Assembly (NCBI GenBank): GCA_046758965.1
Contig: JBHIBG010000078.1
Span: 1 to 12,927, forward strand
Origin: Candidatus Methylomirabilia bacterium
GTDB lineage: Bacteria > Methylomirabilota > Methylomirabilia > Rokubacteriales > CSP1-6
Direction of reading: 5' to 3'
Length of the DNA: 12,927 nucleotides
The translations under genes were made by a program, and so were the position numbers. Positions within the stretch are counted from its first letter, which is position 1; every line of letters starts with the position of its first letter. Of this stretch, positions 1 to 8,386 are shown one piece after another. The notes below the pieces were generated by a model, which searched no databases, was not told where the DNA came from, and saw only the letters and a list, made by a program, of their open reading frames with translations.

Positions 1-220
1 GGGCCACATCCAGGCGGTCGTTGACGATGAAGGTCACCCCGGCCTTCCGGGCCCGGTCCCTGAGCGTCAGCGCTAGGGGGAGCAGCTGGCGAGTGGGCCA
101 CTCCTTCTCCCTGAGCTGAACCATCCCGCACCCGCCCGCGATAACTGCCTCGAGAACCTCTTCCGGGTCCCGGCCCCGGCTGGCCGCGCGGTCAAGGATC
201 GCGTACAGCTCGAGCTGCAC
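1..220 (-). CDS. thiE: Thiamine-phosphate synthase, 5' part (runs off the left edge)
   Basis: Manual translation from GTG at 220 gives MQLELYAILDRAASRGRDPEEVLEAVIAGGCGMVQLREKEWPTRQLLPLALTLRDRARKAGVTFIVNDRLDVA. It has the ThiE motifs LYAI, VQLREK and FIVNDRLDVA, and a G-rich RBS (GAGGGGGG) upstream. Not in the ORF track. Confidence 0.93.
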   Translation of the reverse strand, partial: MQLELYAILDRAASRGRDPEEVLEAVIAGGCGMVQLREKEWPTRQLLPLALTLRDRARKAGVTFIVNDRLDVA

Positions 221-261
221 TGCCGCCCCCCTCAGAGGGATAACGCCCGCACGCTGGCCCT

Positions 262-277
262 CTCTCCCCGGGGAGAG
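262..277. repeat. Perfect 16-bp palindrome CTCTCCCC/GGGGAGAG in the efp-thiE spacer (REP/boxC-like hairpin)
   Basis: 262-277 reads ctctccccggggagag, within ccctctctccccggggagaggga, a pyrimidine-rich/purine-rich split. No U-tract follows. Confidence 0.55.
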
Positions 278-348
278 GGAAGGGGAGCGATCGCCCGAGG
301 GACCCGTCACCATGGCTGGGAAGGTGGCTACCAGCGGGGGGAGGAGAC

Positions 349-918
349 CTAGCCCGCGGACGCCACGCGGCCGATGTACTCCCCGGTCCGGGTGTCGACC
401 TTGAGCACGTCACCCTCGTTGATGAAGAGCGGCACGGAGACGACAGCGCCGGTTTCGAGGGTGGCCGGCTTGGAGCCTCCGGAGGCCGTGTCCCCGCGGA
501 CTCCCGGCTCTGTCTTCACCACGGTGAGCTCCACGAAGTTCGGGACCTCGATGGCGATCGGCTCGTCATCCACGTAGTGGACGGCGACCTCGGCGTTCTC
601 TCTGAGAAAGTCCCGGGCCCCGCCGACCTGGTCCTCGGAGAGAAAGATCTGGTCGTAGCTCTCGAGATCCATGAAGTGAAAGCGGTCATCCCGGTAGAGG
701 AACTGCATCCGCTTCTCCTCGAAGTTCACCAGGGGGACCTTCTCCTCCGCCCTGAAGGTCCTGTCAATGACCGTTCCGAGTTTGAGGTGCCTGAGCTTGG
801 TTCGGACGAACGCCCCACCCTTGCCGGGTTTGACGTGTTGGAAGTCCACGACGATGTACGGGGCTCCGTCCACCTCGATTCTCAACCCTTTCCTGAAGTC
901 GTTGGTCGAGACCTGCAT
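349..918 (-). CDS. efp: Translation elongation factor P (189 aa)
   Basis: MQVSTNDFRKGLRIE..., the signature loop HVKPGKGGAFVRTK, and the C-terminal GDTASGGSKPATLETG...VPLFINEGD...VDTRTGEY. Start moved from 990 (track) to ATG 918, which fits EF-P length and removes the overlap with the upstream gene. Confidence 0.97.
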   Translation of the reverse strand: MQVSTNDFRKGLRIEVDGAPYIVVDFQHVKPGKGGAFVRTKLRHLKLGTVIDRTFRAEEKVPLVNFEEKRMQFLYRDDRFHFMDLESYDQIFLSEDQVGGARDFLRENAEVAVHYVDDEPIAIEVPNFVELTVVKTEPGVRGDTASGGSKPATLETGAVVSVPLFINEGDVLKVDTRTGEYIGRVASAG

Positions 919-940
919 GGACCGCTCGTCGGCGGTGATC

Positions 941-1633
941 TTAGGCGCGCCCTCGCCGGGCCTTTGCCGCCAACGCCTCGCCGAGCCCATCGCGCGCCCG
1001 CTCGTTGACGGGGTCCTTCTTGAGGATCCGGAGGAAAATCGTTGCTGCCTCTTCAGGGAGCCCCTGCTCCAGGCAGAGCGAGGCGAAGGTGACGGTCACG
1101 AAGGTGTTATCCTCCAGGAGCTTCAGGATCGCCGAGCCCTCGCCGGCCTCCTTTCGTCCGGTCAGGAGCTCGAGCATCACCCGAGCGTCCCGATCCGTGG
1201 GGTGGAGCCGCAGCACCTGCTCCAGGTGGCCCTGGGCGTGCTCCAGCTCTCCCCGTTTGATGTGGACCTCTGCGAGCAGCCGGTGGGTCTGGGCGTCATC
1301 GGGGGTCAGGGTCACCACGGCGTGGAGCTCGTCCAGGGCGCCCTGCTGGTTCCCTTCGGCGAGGTACGCCTTGGCGAGGATCACGCGGGCCGTCGCGTAG
1401 TCCGGATACCGCGAGAGGCCGTCCTTGCACAGGGCGATCGCCTCTTGAGTCCGTCCGGCCTTCCGGTAGGCGTCTGCGAGCGGGGCAAAGGCCAATGAGG
1501 TCGGGTCGTTGGCCAAGCGCTCTTGGTACCGGCTGATGATGCTGGCAGCCTCGGAATCCTCGGCCACGCTCGACCGCGGGGTGAGATTCGCCATTCCCCT
1601 TTTCTTATACGGGGTCGGCTCCCGCGTTGTCAA
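941..1633 (-). CDS. Tetratricopeptide-repeat protein
   Basis: TPR-like helices (FAPLADAYRKAGRTQEAIALC, ARVILAKAYLAEGNQQGALDEL, HRLLAEVHIKRGELEHAQGHLEQVLRLHP) and a C-terminal TVTFASLCLEQG...EAATIFLRILKKDP unit. Start is either TTG 1633 (overlapping the aroB stop) or ATG 1594. Confidence 0.85.
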   Translation of the reverse strand: MTTREPTPYKKRGMANLTPRSSVAEDSEAASIISRYQERLANDPTSLAFAPLADAYRKAGRTQEAIALCKDGLSRYPDYATARVILAKAYLAEGNQQGALDELHAVVTLTPDDAQTHRLLAEVHIKRGELEHAQGHLEQVLRLHPTDRDARVMLELLTGRKEAGEGSAILKLLEDNTFVTVTFASLCLEQGLPEEAATIFLRILKKDPVNERARDGLGEALAAKARRGRA

Positions 1634-2745
1634 CCGCCGGATGGGATCTCGCTGGCCTTCTCCTTTATGGCGTCGATGATCTCCGCCACGAGCGCCGTGG
1701 GGATGTCGAACACCAGCCGGTGAGTCCCGATCCGGGGAGCGAGAACGAAGGGGACCCGGCCGTTTCGCGCTTTCTTGTCGCGCCCGATCGCCTCCACGAC
1801 CGCGGAGGTCTCCACGCCGGAGAACGCCACCGGCAGCTCCAGGGCTTCCAGGAGCCGGAGTTGGCGATGGGTGGTGTCGCGGTCTCCGATCCCGAGCCGT
1901 TCGGCTATCCGGGCAGCCACCGCGATCCCCAGCGCCACCGCCTCGCCGTGGGCCCAGCGGGCGTACCCTGTGGCCGCCTCGAGGGCGTGGCCCACGGTGT
2001 GGCCGTAGTTCAGCACGTGGCGGAGCTCCGATTCGGTCTCGTCGGCCTCGACGATCCGGGCTTTCAGCCGGCAGGAGCCGGCGACCACGCGCTCGAGCGT
2101 GGGGAGGTCCCGCCCGAGGAGTTCCCTCACGTGCTGCTCGAGATCGCCGAAGTAGTCGGCGTCGAGGACGATCCCGTGCTTGACGACCTCCGTCAGCCCG
2201 GAGCGAAATTCACGCTCGGGCAGGGTGAGGAGGACTTGAGGGTCAGTGATCACGAGCTCCGGCTGGTGGAAGGCTCCGATGAGGTTCTTGGCGCGCGGAT
2301 GGTCGATGGCGACCTTGCCGCCGATGGAGGCGTCCACCTGGGCCAGGAGCGTGGTAGGGAGCTGCACAAAGGCGATCCCCCGCATGTAGGTGGCGGCCAC
2401 GAAGCCCGCCAGATCTCCTACCGCGCCTCCGCCAAGGGCGACGATGGTGGAGGCGCGGTCGAGCCCGATCGCCAGGCAGCTGTTCCAGCAGTGCTCGGCT
2501 ACCGCCAGGGTCTTGGCGGCCTCCCCCTGAGGTACGAGGATCTCGCCGACGGCAAAGCCGGCGGTAGCCAGCGACTCCTGCACCGTGCGCCCGTGGAGGG
2601 CCATGATGGCAGCGTCGCTCACCACCGCGGTCCGCCGGCCGAGACCGAGGCTCCGGAGGCGGTCCCCCACGGAGGCAAGGCTCCCCGCGCCGACGACGAT
2701 CGAGTAGGAGCGCGCTCCGAGGTTGACGGTGATCTCTTCGGTCAC
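1630..2745 (-). CDS. aroB: 3-dehydroquinate synthase
   Basis: Motifs [73 protein letters not shown] and DKK. GTG start overlaps the aroC stop. Confidence 0.97.
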   Translation of the reverse strand: MTEEITVNLGARSYSIVVGAGSLASVGDRLRSLGLGRRTAVVSDAAIMALHGRTVQESLATAGFAVGEILVPQGEAAKTLAVAEHCWNSCLAIGLDRASTIVALGGGAVGDLAGFVAATYMRGIAFVQLPTTLLAQVDASIGGKVAIDHPRAKNLIGAFHQPELVITDPQVLLTLPEREFRSGLTEVVKHGIVLDADYFGDLEQHVRELLGRDLPTLERVVAGSCRLKARIVEADETESELRHVLNYGHTVGHALEAATGYARWAHGEAVALGIAVAARIAERLGIGDRDTTHRQLRLLEALELPVAFSGVETSAVVEAIGRDKKARNGRVPFVLAPRIGTHRLVFDIPTALVAEIIDAIKEKASEIPSGG

Positions 2746-3914
2746 CAGCGCTTGAGCGACTCCTGGTAGCCGTCGTAGTTCCGGCGGACTTCCTCCAGGC
2801 TGTCGCCACCGAACTTCTCCAGGAGCGCCTGGGCCAGGACAATGGCCATCATGGCCTCGCCGACGATCCCGGCGGCTGGCACCGAGCAGACATCGCTCCG
2901 CTCCACCACGGCCTCCACCGCCTCTTTGCTCGCCACGTCCACCGAGCGGAGCGGGGAGCGGAGCGTGGAGAGGGGTTTCATGGCGGCCCGGACGATGACC
3001 GGCTGGCCGTTGGTCATTCCGCCCTCCAGTCCGCCGGCGTTGTTGGTGGTGCGCGTGAAGCCGCCGTCCTGATCGAAGAGGATCTCGTCATGAACCTGGG
3101 AACCGGGCCTCCGGGCCGTGTCGAAGCCGAGCCCGACCTCCGCCCCCTTGATCGCCTGGATGGAGCAGAACGCTTGGGCGAGCCGGCCGTCCAGTCGGCG
3201 GTCCCATTGCACGTAGGAGCCGAGGCCCACGGGGCAGCCCAGGGCGATCACCTCAAAGACCCCCCCGAGGGTGTCGCCTTTGTCCCTGGCCGCGTCAATG
3301 GCGGCGATCATCCGGACCTCCGCCTCGGGATTCGCGCAGCGCACCTCGGAGGCCTCGGCGCGACGTCGGATCTCCTCCCAGGGGAGGCCCAGCTCGCCGG
3401 CACTGACCCCCCCGATCTCGACGACGTGGCTCAGGATCTGGATTCCGAACTCGCCGAGGAACTTCTTGGCGACGGCGGCCACCGCTACGCGCGCCGTGGT
3501 CTCGCGTGCGCTTGAGCGCTCGAGCACGTTTCTGATGTCCTTGTGGCCGTACTTCATGGCCCCGGCCAGGTCGGCGTGGCCGGGCCTGGGGCGCGTGACC
3601 AGCTTGGGGGCGGCCTCGGGCTCCGGGGAGCCCACCGCCATGGTGGCCTTCCAGTTCTCCCAGTCGCGGTTGGGGATGGCGAGGGTAATGGGGCTGCCGA
3701 GGGTGAGCCCCCACCGGACCCCGGAGAGGATGTGGACCTGATCCCGCTCGATCTTCATCCGCCCGCCGCGGCCGTACCCGCGCTGTCGACGGGCCAGATC
3801 GTGGTTGATCTCGGCTTCGGTGAGGGGAAGGCCGGCGGGGACGCCGTCGATGGTCGCGACCAGAGCCTCACCGTGGGACTCGCCCGCGGTGAGGAATCGG
3901 AAGGCCGCGCTCAT
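2742..3914 (-). CDS. aroC: Chorismate synthase
   Basis: Motifs [53 protein letters not shown] and ERSDVC. ATG overlaps the pilQ stop (ATGA). Confidence 0.98.
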   Translation of the reverse strand: MSAAFRFLTAGESHGEALVATIDGVPAGLPLTEAEINHDLARRQRGYGRGGRMKIERDQVHILSGVRWGLTLGSPITLAIPNRDWENWKATMAVGSPEPEAAPKLVTRPRPGHADLAGAMKYGHKDIRNVLERSSARETTARVAVAAVAKKFLGEFGIQILSHVVEIGGVSAGELGLPWEEIRRRAEASEVRCANPEAEVRMIAAIDAARDKGDTLGGVFEVIALGCPVGLGSYVQWDRRLDGRLAQAFCSIQAIKGAEVGLGFDTARRPGSQVHDEILFDQDGGFTRTTNNAGGLEGGMTNGQPVIVRAAMKPLSTLRSPLRSVDVASKEAVEAVVERSDVCSVPAAGIVGEAMMAIVLAQALLEKFGGDSLEEVRRNYDGYQESLKRW

Positions 3915-6589
3915 CTAGTCTTTGGCGTTATGCCCTGGTACCTGGCCGTGTTCGTGTTGGTCTTGATGACCGACGGGGTGATGAACACCACCAGCTCCGT
4001 GGCCGTGTCACGGGTCCCCTTCTGCTTGAACAGCCACCCGAGGAGGGGGATGTCTCCCAGGAGCGGCACCTTCCGGATCTCCTTCTGAGCCACGCTTTGG
4101 GTCACCCCACCGATGATAAGATGATCGCCTTCCTTGATCAATACCTCGGTCTCGGTCTTGCGCTTGTTGATGACCGGGGGGGCCCCCGCAGTCCCGAGGT
4201 TGATCGTCGTCGTGCCTCGCGAGTTGTTTTCCACCAGGACTTTCATCTTGATCTTGGTGATGTTCCCCTCCTGGATCACCGTGGGGGTGACCTCCAGCTT
4301 CAGCAGGGCCTCCTTGAACTCGATCTTGGTGCCGGCCGAGCTGATGGTGGCAAAGGGGATCTCTTCGCCGAGCTCCATGACGGCCGCACTGTTTTCAACC
4401 GTGACCACCTCCGGGCGCGACAGGGTCTTGGTCTTCCCCTCGGTCTTCAGCGCCTCGAGGGCGAGGTTGATGTTCACCCGGCTTCCGATAAGGCCGAAGG
4501 TAAAGCCTCCGGCCCCCGCGCTTGTGGCGCCCGCCAGGAGAGACCCGATCGGAAGGTTGATGATATTTCCCCCGATCGGGAGCCCGGTTTGAGGATTGAC
4601 GGGGAGGACCTGACCCGGGAAAGTGGATCCAGGGGGATCCGTGAACCGGAGGTTCGTTGGCCCCCCCGAGAGACTATCCACCCCGGTCCCGGTGCCGCTG
4701 CGTGCTGAAAAGCCGCTGCCGACGAGGACGGTGCCGTCCTCAATGGCCGTGCCGGCGCCTCCCCACTGGATTCCGAACGCAAAGAGGTCTTCCCGGTCGA
4801 GGATCTCCATCCTGGCCTGGATCTTGACCTGGGGCAGCGTAATGTCGAGCTCTTCCTGGATGAGCTTCTTGATCCGCTTCAGGTCAGCTTCGTAGTGGCG
4901 GATGAAGATCGAGTTGGTGGACTTGTGGGCCCGGATCGTGATCCCCTTGGCCAGCACCTCGGCCGTGGGCAAGACCGGCGGCGCCGGCGGGGGAGCCTGG
5001 GCTCCTGGCCCATAGAGGGCCGCGAAAGGCTGCTCGGCAATGGGGGGCGGGCCGGCTATCGGCACCGGCTCGACCTGCATCCCTTCAGGGGGGATGCCCA
5101 GGATCCCGATGAGGGTGTTCACGACCTCCTCGGGGTCGGCGTACGACAGACGGATCATCTCTTCCTTCAGCGGACCGCGGGCCTCGGCCTCAGTCCGGGC
5201 GAGCTTGGCGGCCAACTTCCGCTGCTGGGCCTCCGCCTCCTTGAGCTCGGCCTCGGCGATCTTGGTGCGGATCTCGGCCTCGGCCTTGAGCTTCGCCTCG
5301 TCGGCCCTGGCCTTGGCCTCCTCGTCCTTGGCGAGCTGCTCCAGCGAGACGATGCGGATCACGTTCCCCTTTTCGATCTTTCGGAGCCCCCTCGTCTCGA
5401 GGATGGTGTCGAGAGCCGTCTCCCAGGTGACGTTCTTCAGGGTGACCGAGACCTTCCCCTTCACGTCCTCGCCCGCCACGATGTTCTTGTCAGCCTCCGC
5501 GGCGAGGATCCGGAGCAGGTTGACGATCTCCGCGTCCTTGAAGTCGAGAGAGATCAGTCGCTCGCTGCTCTCCGTGGCGAACTGGGAGGGACGGCGCTGG
5601 GCGAGCTGGGCGGGCGCGGTCACGGCCACGGGGGAGCCGGTCTCGGCTTCGGCCTCTTGTACCCCTTGCTCAGGCTCCACGACAGTGGCGGGCGGCTCCG
5701 GCTCGATCTTGGCGACGGTTGCTGGAGGCTCCTCTTTGGCGAGCCCGGCCGCGGCGGAAGGCTCGAGCCTCACGATGAGCCCCGCGGGGTCCCGCTCGAT
5801 CTGGTATTCTGCCTCCTTCTGCGAGAGCTCGAGGACCACGCGCGCGACGTCCTGCTTGAACTGGCTCCCCCGGATCTCGCGGAGCGGCTCCACTTCCACG
5901 GTGAAGGGGGTCTCCTGCCAGCGGTATTCAGTTTTCTCCAGGTCGATGATGAGGCGGGCGGGGGTCTCCATCAGGGAGGCGTGGTACTGGGCGGGGTCGG
6001 TGGTCTTGAGCTGCACCGTGATCTCCTCGGGCCCGATCTCGACGACCACATCGGTGAGCTGGATGGGCGCGGGTGGGGCCGCGGGAGCGGCGGGCGGCTC
6101 ACCCGGCTCGATCTTGGCGACGGCCGCTGGAGGCTCCTCTTTGGCGAGCCCGGCCGCGGCGGAAGGCTCGAGCCTCACGGTGAGCCCCGTGGGGCCCGGC
6201 TCGATCTGGTAGTCCACCTCCGTCTCCGAGAACTCGAGGACCACGCGGGCCACGCCCTCCTTGAACTGGCTCCACCGGACCTCGCGGAGCGGCTCTACGC
6301 CCACGGCCCGGGAGGTGCACCGTCCGCCGAATCCGGTTCTCTCCAGGTCGATGACGAGGCGGGCGGGGGCCTCTATCAGGGAGACGTCGTACTGGGCGGG
6401 CTCGCTCGTCTTGACCTGCACCGTGATCTCTTCCGGCCCGGTCTCGACAGCCACATCGGTGAGCTGGATGGTCGCCTTGACCGCGCCGACTTGGGCCTGC
6501 TCTTCGGCGGGCGGGCATCCTCCCGCGACCGGGGTGGCGAGAGTGAGTACGAGCAGGGTTGCCAGAAGCCAACGGGCCTGCGCCATCAT
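3911..6589 (-). CDS. pilQ: Type IVa pilus secretin PilQ with two N-terminal AMIN domains
   Basis: Signal peptide; two AMIN-like repeats (PARLVIDL...VARVVLE); N0 domain [18 protein letters not shown]...[11 protein letters not shown]; secretin core QVKIQARM...[20 protein letters not shown]...[15 protein letters not shown]...[21 protein letters not shown] at 6594-6600. Start may be 6586. Last gene of pilMNOPQ. Confidence 0.96.
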   Translation of the reverse strand: MMAQARWLLATLLVLTLATPVAGGCPPAEEQAQVGAVKATIQLTDVAVETGPEEITVQVKTSEPAQYDVSLIEAPARLVIDLERTGFGGRCTSRAVGVEPLREVRWSQFKEGVARVVLEFSETEVDYQIEPGPTGLTVRLEPSAAAGLAKEEPPAAVAKIEPGEPPAAPAAPPAPIQLTDVVVEIGPEEITVQLKTTDPAQYHASLMETPARLIIDLEKTEYRWQETPFTVEVEPLREIRGSQFKQDVARVVLELSQKEAEYQIERDPAGLIVRLEPSAAAGLAKEEPPATVAKIEPEPPATVVEPEQGVQEAEAETGSPVAVTAPAQLAQRRPSQFATESSERLISLDFKDAEIVNLLRILAAEADKNIVAGEDVKGKVSVTLKNVTWETALDTILETRGLRKIEKGNVIRIVSLEQLAKDEEAKARADEAKLKAEAEIRTKIAEAELKEAEAQQRKLAAKLARTEAEARGPLKEEMIRLSYADPEEVVNTLIGILGIPPEGMQVEPVPIAGPPPIAEQPFAALYGPGAQAPPPAPPVLPTAEVLAKGITIRAHKSTNSIFIRHYEADLKRIKKLIQEELDITLPQVKIQARMEILDREDLFAFGIQWGGAGTAIEDGTVLVGSGFSARSGTGTGVDSLSGGPTNLRFTDPPGSTFPGQVLPVNPQTGLPIGGNIINLPIGSLLAGATSAGAGGFTFGLIGSRVNINLALEALKTEGKTKTLSRPEVVTVENSAAVMELGEEIPFATISSAGTKIEFKEALLKLEVTPTVIQEGNITKIKMKVLVENNSRGTTTINLGTAGAPPVINKRKTETEVLIKEGDHLIIGGVTQSVAQKEIRKVPLLGDIPLLGWLFKQKGTRDTATELVVFITPSVIKTNTNTARYQGITPKTR
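5700..6471. repeat. Intragenic direct repeat in pilQ: two ~367-bp copies (5700-6066 and 6105-6471), period 405 bp
   Basis: The copies align without gaps at a 405-bp offset, and 5721-5774 is identical to 6126-6179 over 54 bp. They encode the two AMIN domains plus the linker [16 protein letters not shown]. Confidence 0.93.
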
Positions 6590-6629
6590 TCTTCCTCCTC
6601 TTCGGTTCCTGCTGCGCTGAGGTGCTTCA

Positions 6630-7109
6630 TCAGTCTCTGGTGAGGCGCATCCTCAGGCTCGTGGCTCCGGATCCCGTCCGGACGCGAAAGGTCAGGTTGT
6701 CATCCTCGATCTTCACCACCTGCGCCCCTCCGATCGTGTCGCCAGGCTTGACGATGTACCCGAGACCCTCCGGGCTTTCCACCAAAGCCAGGCGGCCCTC
6801 ACGGCCCTGGACGACTCCAACGAGCTTCATGGCGCGGAGGACGAGATCAGCCTCCGCGGCTGAGGCCGGCGGAGGAACAGGTCGAAACGGGTCGCGCCGC
6901 CCCTTCGGATGGTAGGGGATGGGGCGAAACGGCCTCGCGTCGGCCTGCTCGGCATGCCCCGCCAAGGCTGCTCCCGGCTTGGCCGGCGCCGCGGGGGGAG
7001 CGATCTGAGCCAGCTGCGGGGCCGCCTTGGGCTCCGGCGGCGGAGGGCTGCCGCCGCATCCGAGCAGTCCGAGAAGCGCCAGCCCGGGAAGCCACCTGAT
7101 GATTTTCAT
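6630..7109 (-). CDS. pilP: Type IVa pilus assembly lipoprotein PilP
   Basis: Lipobox LLGLLGC, Pro/Ala-rich linker, YHPKGRRDPF motif, and C-terminal beta domain (KLVGVV...ALVESPEGLGYIVKPGDTIG...VVKI). Lies between pilO and pilQ. Confidence 0.9.
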   Translation of the reverse strand: MKIIRWLPGLALLGLLGCGGSPPPPEPKAAPQLAQIAPPAAPAKPGAALAGHAEQADARPFRPIPYHPKGRRDPFRPVPPPASAAEADLVLRAMKLVGVVQGREGRLALVESPEGLGYIVKPGDTIGGAQVVKIEDDNLTFRVRTGSGATSLRMRLTRD

Positions 7110-7816
7110 CGCTTCGCCCTCGAGGGAGGCCTGCGTGCTCCCCGCTTCGCTTTGGGTCCCCCGGGCTTGGTGGGTTGGGTCGTTTCTTCGCCTGGAATAA
7201 AGTAGGTCGCCAGGGCAAGCTCGGCGCGCACCGTACCCATGGACAGACCGGTATCTGGCTTCTCGCCCTGGCTCCTCTTGGGCTTGCCGCGCCGGCGCCC
7301 GGACTTTTCCTTCTTGGCTGCGGCAGCCCCCAGGAGCTTGAAGTCCGACAGGGTCACGATGCGCGGAAGTTGGGCAAGCCGTGCGAAGAACTCCCCGAGC
7401 TGGTGGTAGTTGGCCGCCGCATTGACGAGGATCTGGACCTCCTCGTAGAAGTCCTGCGGGTTGGGGCTCTGCGGCTCAAAAAGAGTCACCACCAGCCCTG
7501 ATCGGCGGGCCAGACTCGAGATCTGCCTGTAGAGTTGCGGCATCTCCTTTTCGGTTGGCAGCCGCGCGTGGATAGCCTCCAGGCGGCGGCGGAGCGTCGC
7601 TGCCTCCTGACGGAACCGGGACAGGTTGGCGGCGATGACGCGGTTCTGCTTGAGCTGGGTCTGAAGGGAGAGGTGTTGTCCCCGAAGCTCCTGCACCTGA
7701 GCCTTTTTGGGCGAGAGCACCAAGACGTAGCCGCCGACCACGAGCACGGCCAGCAGCGCGACAGCAACGATCAGCTGCTGGGAGCGGGGGGCTTGAGTAA
7801 TCGCCTCGAGAGCCAT
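7106..7816 (-). CDS. pilO: Type IVa pilus alignment protein PilO
   Basis: N-terminal TM helix, coiled coil, LPTEKEMPQL, FYEEVQI...YHQLGEFFARLAQLPRIVTL, and position in pilMNOPQ. Confidence 0.92.
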   Translation of the reverse strand: MALEAITQAPRSQQLIVAVALLAVLVVGGYVLVLSPKKAQVQELRGQHLSLQTQLKQNRVIAANLSRFRQEAATLRRRLEAIHARLPTEKEMPQLYRQISSLARRSGLVVTLFEPQSPNPQDFYEEVQILVNAAANYHQLGEFFARLAQLPRIVTLSDFKLLGAAAAKKEKSGRRRGKPKRSQGEKPDTGLSMGTVRAELALATYFIPGEETTQPTKPGGPKAKRGARRPPSRAKR

Positions 7817-7822
7817 GATGGT

Positions 7823-8386
7823 CTAGATTCCGAATGTCGCGGTGACCTCGAATGTCACGACGCGAGGGAACTCGTCCAGGTCTTGTTCAGCGATGACCAC
7901 ATCCACCTCGTGGAACCTCTCGGACTTGCGGAGGTTGGCCATAAACTCGGCGACGACGAAGGGGGAGAAGGCCGCTCCGGCCAGCGTGAGCTGATCCTCC
8001 TTTTCTTCGGCTTTGGTGAGCCAGAGATTCCGGGGGACGGTACCCGCGATGGCGTCCAGGAGATAGACCGGGCGCGCCTGGTTCTGGGCAATGATATCAA
8101 CGAGCTCGAGACGCCTCTCGAGGTCTTCCTTCTCCCTCTTGAAGCGGTTCCCTTCGGTGATGATCGTCTGGAGCAACGCTAGCTCCCGCTGAACGCGCGC
8201 GTTTTGCTCTCGGAGGCGGGCGGCCTCCGTACCCAGCGACCACCAGGACCATCCCATGCCCAGGATGATCAGCGCGCAGACAGCCCCGACGGCCGGCCAC
8301 AGCCCGGTGAGCGCCGGCAGGAGGGACGGGAGGGCGAAGGTCGGCATTCGCCTGGCTTTCCGGGGGAGGAGGTTGATCTTGATCAT
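7823..8386 (-). CDS. pilN: Type IVa pilus alignment protein PilN
   Basis: N-terminal PilM-binding motif MIKINLLP, TM helix, coiled coil, VPRNLWLT...VAEFMANLRKSERF. ATGA overlap with pilM. Confidence 0.93.
   Translation of the reverse strand: MIKINLLPRKARRMPTFALPSLLPALTGLWPAVGAVCALIILGMGWSWWSLGTEAARLREQNARVQRELALLQTIITEGNRFKREKEDLERRLELVDIIAQNQARPVYLLDAIAGTVPRNLWLTKAEEKEDQLTLAGAAFSPFVVAEFMANLRKSERFHEVDVVIAEQDLDEFPRVVTFEVTATFGI

Noticed and set aside
221..348. TPP riboswitch upstream of thiE
   Set aside because: The minus strand lacks the conserved CUGAGA and ACCUGAUC...AGGGA elements; only an isolated CTGAGG overlapping the RBS is present.
919..990. N-terminal extension of EF-P given by the ORF track (213 aa)
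   Set aside because: It overlaps the TPR gene, and EF-P homology begins at MQVSTNDF (ATG 918).
1627..2769. 380-aa plus-strand ORF opposite aroB
   Set aside because: Antisense shadow of a GC-rich gene with no recognisable motifs.
6500..6589. PilQ as a lipoprotein (PVAGGC)
   Set aside because: AGGC is not a canonical lipobox, and a signal peptidase I site near PVA/G is at least as plausible. Cannot be called without SignalP.
4895..6643. 582-aa and 390-aa plus-strand ORFs opposite pilQ
   Set aside because: Antisense shadows caused by few stop codons at high GC; their internal repeats mirror the AMIN duplication.
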